Part shown: one piece after another, positions 11,068-16,600 of the stretch | Position numbering within the stretch: position 1 is the first letter of the stretch | Layout: each line of letters starts with the position of its first letter | Origin: Ginkgo biloba | Taxonomy: Eukaryota; Plantae; Ginkgophyta | NCBI GenBank assembly: GCA_024626585.2 | Contig: JANKJI020000001.1 | Coordinates: 19,568,492-19,585,091 of the forward strand | DNA: 16,600 bases | Reading direction: 5' to 3' | Position numbers and translations under genes: made by a program | The notes under the pieces: model-generated | The model's database searches: none | Told to the model about the DNA's origin: nothing | What the model saw: only the letters and a program-made list of their open reading frames with translations

Positions 11068-11330
11068 CTGCAAATTGTGCTCTTTGATGTATTCNNNNNN
11101 NNNNNNNNNNNNNNNNNNNNNNNNNNNNNNNNNNNNNNNNNNAAAAACTTTTGCATGGCTGGCGAAATAGGCTTTGGCTGAGTAATTCCTCTGCCTCCGC
11201 CGCTGCCGCTGGTTTCTCGCTTGGCCGCTGCGCATGTGACAAGCGGCTTGGGCATTACAACGTGAAGACGAGGGCTGGAAGTGCCCATGAAAACAGGGGA
11301 GGATCCAAACGAAAGCGCCATGAAAGCCAT
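11068..11330 (-). CDS. Exon 1 of a stand-alone SWIB/MDM2-domain protein with predicted chloroplast transit peptide (SWIB-2/SWIB-3-like plastid nucleoid protein)
   Basis: Translates MAFMALSFGSSPVFMGTSSPRLHVVMPKPLVTCAAAKRETSGSGGGRGITQPKPISPAMQKF-[48 N]-EYIKEHNLQ, then a canonical donor CAG|GTAGGT (GT at 11067-11066). GIxxPxPxSPxM...(W)xYIKxHxLQ is the N-terminal half of the SWIB domain. The first ~35 aa are Ser/Ala-rich, lack acidic residues and end in VTCA, as expected of a transit peptide. The frame differs across the N gap (263 nt total), most likely from an inexact gap length. Confidence 0.92.
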
Positions 11331-11639
11331 GCTGCTTAGCCTGCAAACCTATTACCAANNNNNNNNNNNNNNNNNNNNNNNNNNNNNNNNNNNNNNNNNN
11401 NNNNNNNNNNNNNNNNNNNNNNNNNNNNNNNNNNNNNNNNNNNNNNNNNNNNNNNNNNNNNNNNNNNNNNNNNNNNNNNNNNNNNNNNNNNNNNNNNNNN
11501 NAATAAAAGAAGACGGGACCTTTTTTTTTTTTTAATAATGTGATTCAGATTAATATGATCAATCATAAAATAGTTCCATCAAAGCGTCCATATGCAACAT
11601 CAATTATAGCATCCCAACTAGCAAAGGCATATATTACCA

Positions 11640-11685
11640 CAATGAAACCATTTAGATAGTTGATGTTATCTAAATGGTTTCATTG
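11640..11685. repeat. Perfect 19-bp inverted repeat with 8-nt loop
   Basis: CAATGAAACCATTTAGATA (11640-11658), loop GTTGATGT, then TATCTAAATGGTTTCATTG (11667-11685), the exact reverse complement. Confidence 0.95.
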
Positions 11686-13266
11686 CAATTGCAATTGTCC
11701 AAATAGTTTCACTATAGTTGTATATGCTTTGGGATGGGGCCGATTTAAAATCATGCCTCTTCCACTAGGCCATTGGATAAAATCTAGTCACATGGTTGAT
11801 AGTTCTTACAAATCATATAATAGGTGACAAGGCCAAGTTGGATGGACTATGGGTTAATGGTCACGAGGTGGGAATCCATGAATACCTAATATTCAAATGC
11901 CCATTAGTATAGCTTGACATGACACCAAGTTCAAAAAAAATTATGCAAAGAGTTGAAAAAAAAAAGGATGGAGATAATGATAGTTACCATTCATCACTTT
12001 TGAAACATGTAAACTTAAATTCCTAGGTTGAATTTATTTGAAGCTTGACGACTCACTACCATATTATTAGAGATATGTTAGATGTTTGACAAAAGGGTGA
12101 CTTATAATATTAGAGTAAGGGTTGCTTCACACCCTCCTATGTCTGCAAATAAAATAGATTAACTAAGGCGTAACTAAGTACCTTTTAAGGTACTTTAAGA
12201 AACAATAAAAAAGCGTGTGATTTAATACAACTTTTCGGACTTATCCTTAACAGAGTCTTCTAACAAACTTTAGTGCGAAGAGGATGTNNNNNNNNNNNNN
12301 NNNNNNNNNNNNNNNNNNNNNNNNNNNNNNNNNNNNNNNNNNNNNNNNNNNNNNTAAATTTTAATATGACTTGTTGGATTTGAAACATTGACTTATGTGA
12401 AGGAGCATGAAGAATCAAATCTTCATTATATTGCTTTAGTAATAAAACCCCTATTTCTTAAGAAGAGTGCATCCTCTATAGTGTTGGGTCACATCTAACA
12501 TATGAAAAGTAAAATACTCCTTAAAGAAATGATATATAGTGGAAAGTGATGTGGGTCTTAAAAAATCCTAAAGCCTTATAGGTATTAAATTTAAAAGTCT
12601 CATCATCTTTAGTATTATAAGTTGCATAGCCTATGGCATGGCAAGGCACATTAGTCCTTATGATAAAAAGATTATATGGCTAATGATTATCAATGATGAT
12701 CTTTGCCATAGCGCCTATTGTTGTTAAGAAGGGAGGTAATAAGAGGAGAATGAATACCGATTTATATTACATAAAGAAATCATATGTGATACCACCTCTA
12801 CATGAGACCATTATTTATTAACCATGATGTGTTCCATGGATGGATTTAGTATAATTAATCCAATAATGATTAATGAAGTTAGATTGTAATCAGGTTATTA
12901 ATCATTATAGAGGCTAAGTTGATGATGGCATTAGTTTATAGTAAATGAATTAAAAATACTATATTCTAATATTGTACATATGAGAAGTACAAAAGCAAGG
13001 AATATATGAACATTAGAAGACAAAGTTGTGAGCAAGGAGTCACTAAAAATATATGGTACGTATAAACAACAATATTTTATTTCATTCTTAAGCTTATGAT
13101 GAGTTATACATCAAGATTTACTTGTATTTCAACACTTCACATAAATAGTTTTGATATGCTCACCTNNNNNNNNNNNNNNNNNNNNNNNNNNNNNNNNNNN
13201 NNNNNNNNNNNNNNNNNNNNNNNNNNNNNNNNNNNNNNNNNNNNNNNNNNNNNNNNNNNNNNNNNA

Positions 13267-14548
13267 CAAGGACTTGAAAAAATAACATCATTATCTATTG
13301 GGGTAAGGAGATTGTTAGGCATATAGACTACCAACCATTATAGTGCTTGTAGTCTTTGTCTCACATTCATGAGAATCACCACAGGAAGTGGGCATTCCAT
13401 CTTTAAGAGTCCCACTTGGTTATCAAATACAAGAAGGGCATTCAAAATAAGATAACAAAATTAGTTGACCACCAACTTTGACTTTAATAGGCATCATGGA
13501 ATTCAAGTGTCTTAGTTATTAAGAGTGAAAAGGGTTATAAACATTAGACTTAGATTTTGTAGATATAGTGGTAACTTTTTAACATCCCTCTTAGGAGTCT
13601 ACTTATCCTTACATGGATTACCACCTAGATAAAGGTTTTCTTTATAGGATGAGCAAGTTATGTACATTAGGGTTCTAATAGGGCATAGTTATTATATGAG
13701 GCTTATTCCTCACTATATAATGGGAACTTTGGTATTTTAAAGACACTAAATCATCTTTAGAGATATTTTTATTAACTAGGAATGCAATGGCAGGTAGAGG
13801 CTTTCATGTGACAATGTGCATTATGCAATCAATAAAAACCAAAGAATAGGAAAATGGACTTGTTTATACCTCTTTTAGTGGCTTCTCAATGATAGGAGTC
13901 TATCTCCATGGACTTTGTGAGTGGGCTTTTGATGACCCAACACCATCATGATGCAGTATTGGTCATAGTTGACACATTTAACAAGACAGATCTTTTTCCT
14001 ACTTCTTATAAATCTATTTATGCATTGATGATTACCGAGATATTCTTTAACCATGTTTAGACTCATTTTGACCTTCCCACCAATATTATATTAGAATGGG
14101 ATTCTAGGTTCTTAAGCCACTTTTGGAAATCACTTTGAGGATTTTAGGGACTTCCCTAAAGCACAATTTTTCTTTCCACCTACATAAACAACACACTTAT
14201 TCACACCTTAAGGATTTATAAGAAGAGTAAGCCCAATAGGTAGGACATATCCTTACGGTGTATCCAACATGGGTATAAGCACATAATGAATTCATTGCCA
14301 AGGCACTCTCGATTTGAGGTGTGACTTAGGTTTCAACCTCTTTCCCCTTATGAGATTCCATTATCATTGCAACATGCTTCCATTAGGTGAGAGTCTTACA
14401 GGCAGAATTATGTACAGGATTTTGTTCAACATTTATGATAATTCTATATACATATTCAAGACATCTTTGTAAAGACCCAGTCAAAGTAGAAGGCATTAAA
14501 TGATAGGCACAAGGTGACACATAATTTTTAGGTGGGAGATAGAGTTTA
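13267..14548 (+). mobile_element. Degenerate Ty3/gypsy pol fragment (RNase H end and integrase), CRM-like motifs, truncated by a nested LTR
   Basis: Plus-strand motifs: GKEIVRHIDYQPL; HLVIKYKKGIQNK; EAYSSLYNGNFGILKTL and CALCNQ*KP (HHCC zinc-finger relic); ESISMDFVSG; VIVDTFNK; PTNIILEWDSRFLSHFWKSL; FEV*LRFQP; F*VGDRV. Many disablements are present. It may extend upstream to ~12400 (an LDxxSGY-like relic near 12880), but that part is weak. Confidence 0.88.
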
Positions 14549-15137
14549 TGTAGTGTCCCAAACGAGATGACCACTAAATAATTTAAATCAAATAATAATC
14601 ACATATAAATAAAGCGTATAGTCCAAATAATCAAGTAATTATCTAATCATAACTCAAGAGATGAAAGGTACATGTAGTAGTTAATCACAGTAGAATTTTA
14701 TAATAATTAAGTAGATTAGAGATAGAGTGAGAAGAAGAAGAGGTTTTAGGGGATGTGTTACCTAGAGAATATAGATGGTGTGTAGGGTACCTGTTACTCA
14801 TAGAAGAATGCTTTCGCGAAATCATCTACTCCCTATAACACCTCAACTACTAAAAGCAGAATAGTCGTAGATGATCTAATGATGAAGAATAAAGAAATAA
14901 TGCCTATTTATAACCCATCCTTGGGCACTTTACTTCTAGCTACTTTTAGGTCAACTATGACTTTTGTTTTGTTACTAAAGTGCTCCTTAGCTTAAGGAAC
15001 ACATGTAACCTCCATATTAACCTTGTTTTGAAGTTATTTNNNNNNNNNNNNNNNNNNNNNNNNNNNNNNNACCTTAATTCATGTGTAACTTGGGCTACAG
15101 CTCTCCTAGTTCTTAGTTGTGACTTGGGCTCACAACA
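14549..15137 (-). repeat. Putative 3' LTR (~590 bp) of the minus-strand chromovirus-type element
   Basis: On the minus strand it starts TGTTGTG at 15137, 4 nt after a polypurine tract, and ends CACTACA at 14549. These are TG...CA termini with a 6/7 inverted match. An internal TATAAATA lies at 14912-14905. The distal end coincides with the break in the neighbouring integrase. Confidence 0.7.
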
Positions 15138-15141
15138 TGGA

Positions 15142-15150
15142 CCCCCTCTT
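15142..15150 (-). promoter_or_regulatory. Polypurine tract (PPT) of the LTR retrotransposon
   Basis: Minus-strand AAGAGGGGG lies directly after the end of the chromodomain-like coding region and just before the TG LTR start. Confidence 0.7.
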
Positions 15151-16320
15151 AAAGTGCTTTGCCCTAAAAATATGGTTAAGGTAGGGTGTTATTGTATGAG
15201 ATCCTCACCTTCCCATGTTGCTTCTTCAACTAGGAAGGCCTTCTATTTAATCTTATACTATGTTATTTGGCAATTTCTCAAGTTTTTATTCGTATCTTTA
15301 ATATTCCTTCAATCTCTAACACAAATTTGCCTTCTTTGTCTATNNNNNNNNNNNNNNNNNNNNNNNNNNNNNNNNNNNNNNNNNNNNNNNNNNNNNNNNN
15401 NNNNNNNNNNNNNNNNNNNNNNNNNNNNNNNNNNNNNNNNNNNNNNNNNNNNNNNNNNNNNNNNNNNNNNNNNNNNNNNNNNNNNNNNNNATAAAACTTT
15501 AGTTGTAGTTTATCTTTGCCTTTCTGATTTAATAACAATTGATTATAAGATTGAAGATAGATCAAAACATTATCATGTACTTAAAATTTTCTTTCTATTC
15601 AATTTTTGTCATCTTATTATTTCATTTGATTCTTTGCATATTAAGATTATCCTTTAATATGTCAATAATTCCTTGTGCTTCCTTCATTAAGTTGTGAGTT
15701 GTTAGTACCTTTGTAACATGGACCACATAATCTTTTATTGATGGTAGTGTGTATCCATATAATGCTTAGAATGGTGACATCTTTGTGTTTGAGTGGTATG
15801 TCATGTTGTACCATAATTTAGGTAAGTGTAACCATTTACACTACTTTGTCTATTTATCCCATGTGCAACTTCTTAAGTAGCCTTCTAAGCATTTGTTCAT
15901 AATTTCTATCTGCCCATTTATTTGGGGATGGTATGCTATACTCATATTGAATTTTATTCTTACTAATTAGAATACTTCTTTTTAGAAGTTACTTATGAAC
16001 TTAGGATCTTGATTGCATGTTATTGTATGGGGTGCTTGTAAACTTCTTTTGTGAAGATGTCAGCAAATTATGGAGCCTTGCATTTTGTGTTGAGTTAAAT
16101 AAATTATGTATATTTGGTCGGTCGATCCAATATCACCTAAATTACATCCTTATCTTCTGATTGTGGCAAGCCTATTATAAAGTCCATAATATTTCCTACC
16201 ATTTTAGATTGGGTATATTCATATTCAGTAACTTTCTTGGTAAGGTTGCATTCTCTAATTTTGATGTTGTGTTAATAAGGGCAAATGTTCTTTTGGGAAG
16301 ACTTTAGTTTAATATCTTAG
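15151..16320 (-). mobile_element. Degenerate chromovirus-type Ty3/gypsy integrase with C-terminal chromodomain
   Basis: Minus-strand motifs: [87 protein letters not shown], and YKIK*KAFLVEEATWEGE (chromodomain YxVKWxG...EATWE, ~15205-15260). Confidence 0.92.
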
Positions 16321-16334
16321 TTTTATTATAGACT

Positions 16335-16600
16335 AGGATGGAGTGCCTATGGATCCAACTAAAGTTTAGGTTTTACAAGATTGGCCCCAACCCACTAGTT
16401 TGTACGAGCTTAGGAGTTTTTTAGACTTGGCTAATTTTTGTAGGTAGTTCATTCCTTTCTATTAAGAGATTATGTATCCTCTTCTTGAGCTTAAGAGGAT
16501 ATTTGTGCCTTTGTCTAAACTTTAGCATATCATCATACTTTTGATAGGCGAAAGGAACTTATTTGTTGATGTACTTTGGAGAGCTAACGCATGGTTCTAT
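16335..16600 (+). mobile_element. Degenerate Ty3/gypsy RT thumb/connection fragment (a third element)
   Basis: DGVPMDPTKV*VLQDWPQPTSLYELRSFLDLANFCR*FIPFY*EIMYPL matches the gypsy GVxxDPxKV...WPxP...ELRSFLGLANFYRRFI motif. It runs toward the window end. Confidence 0.88.

Noticed and set aside
11828-11880. tRNA/SINE-like A-box (GGCCAAGTTGG) and B-box-like (GGTGGGAATCC) pair
   Set aside because: The B-box deviates at core positions, and no cloverleaf or TSD could be supported.
12176-12195. 9-bp inverted repeat AAGTACCTT-TT-AAGGTACTT
   Set aside because: It is short and AT-rich with no supporting context, so it is compatible with chance.
1-16600. CRISPR array, prokaryotic defence operon, rRNA or tRNA genes
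   Set aside because: No regularly spaced repeats, operon-like ORF density or structural RNA signatures were seen. The window is spliceosomal-intron- and retrotransposon-containing plant DNA.

Overview
AT-rich eukaryotic land-plant nuclear DNA from a gappy draft assembly with many N runs. The large TE-filled intron and the retroelement types suggest a gymnosperm- or fern-like host (inference). One host gene is supported: a minus-strand, two-exon, stand-alone SWIB/MDM2-domain gene with a predicted plastid transit peptide, resembling Arabidopsis plastid-nucleoid SWIB-2/SWIB-3. Exon 1 is 11330-11068. Exon 2 is 4994-4869 and is absent from the ORF track. They are separated by a ~6.07-kb GT-AG intron containing a decayed Ty3/gypsy RT-RNaseH and a decayed antisense coiled-coil ORF of unknown family. 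The flanks are dead retroelements: an L1-type LINE endonuclease relic (1-829, -), a possible PPR pseudogene relic, and a nest of three gypsy fragments, one a chromodomain-bearing element whose 3' LTR interrupts another element's integrase. A perfect 19-bp hairpin within a larger fold-back lies ~310 bp upstream of the SWIB ATG. I see no convincing evidence of a wholly new biological system. The best leads are the intronic antisense ORF relic and the upstream fold-back.
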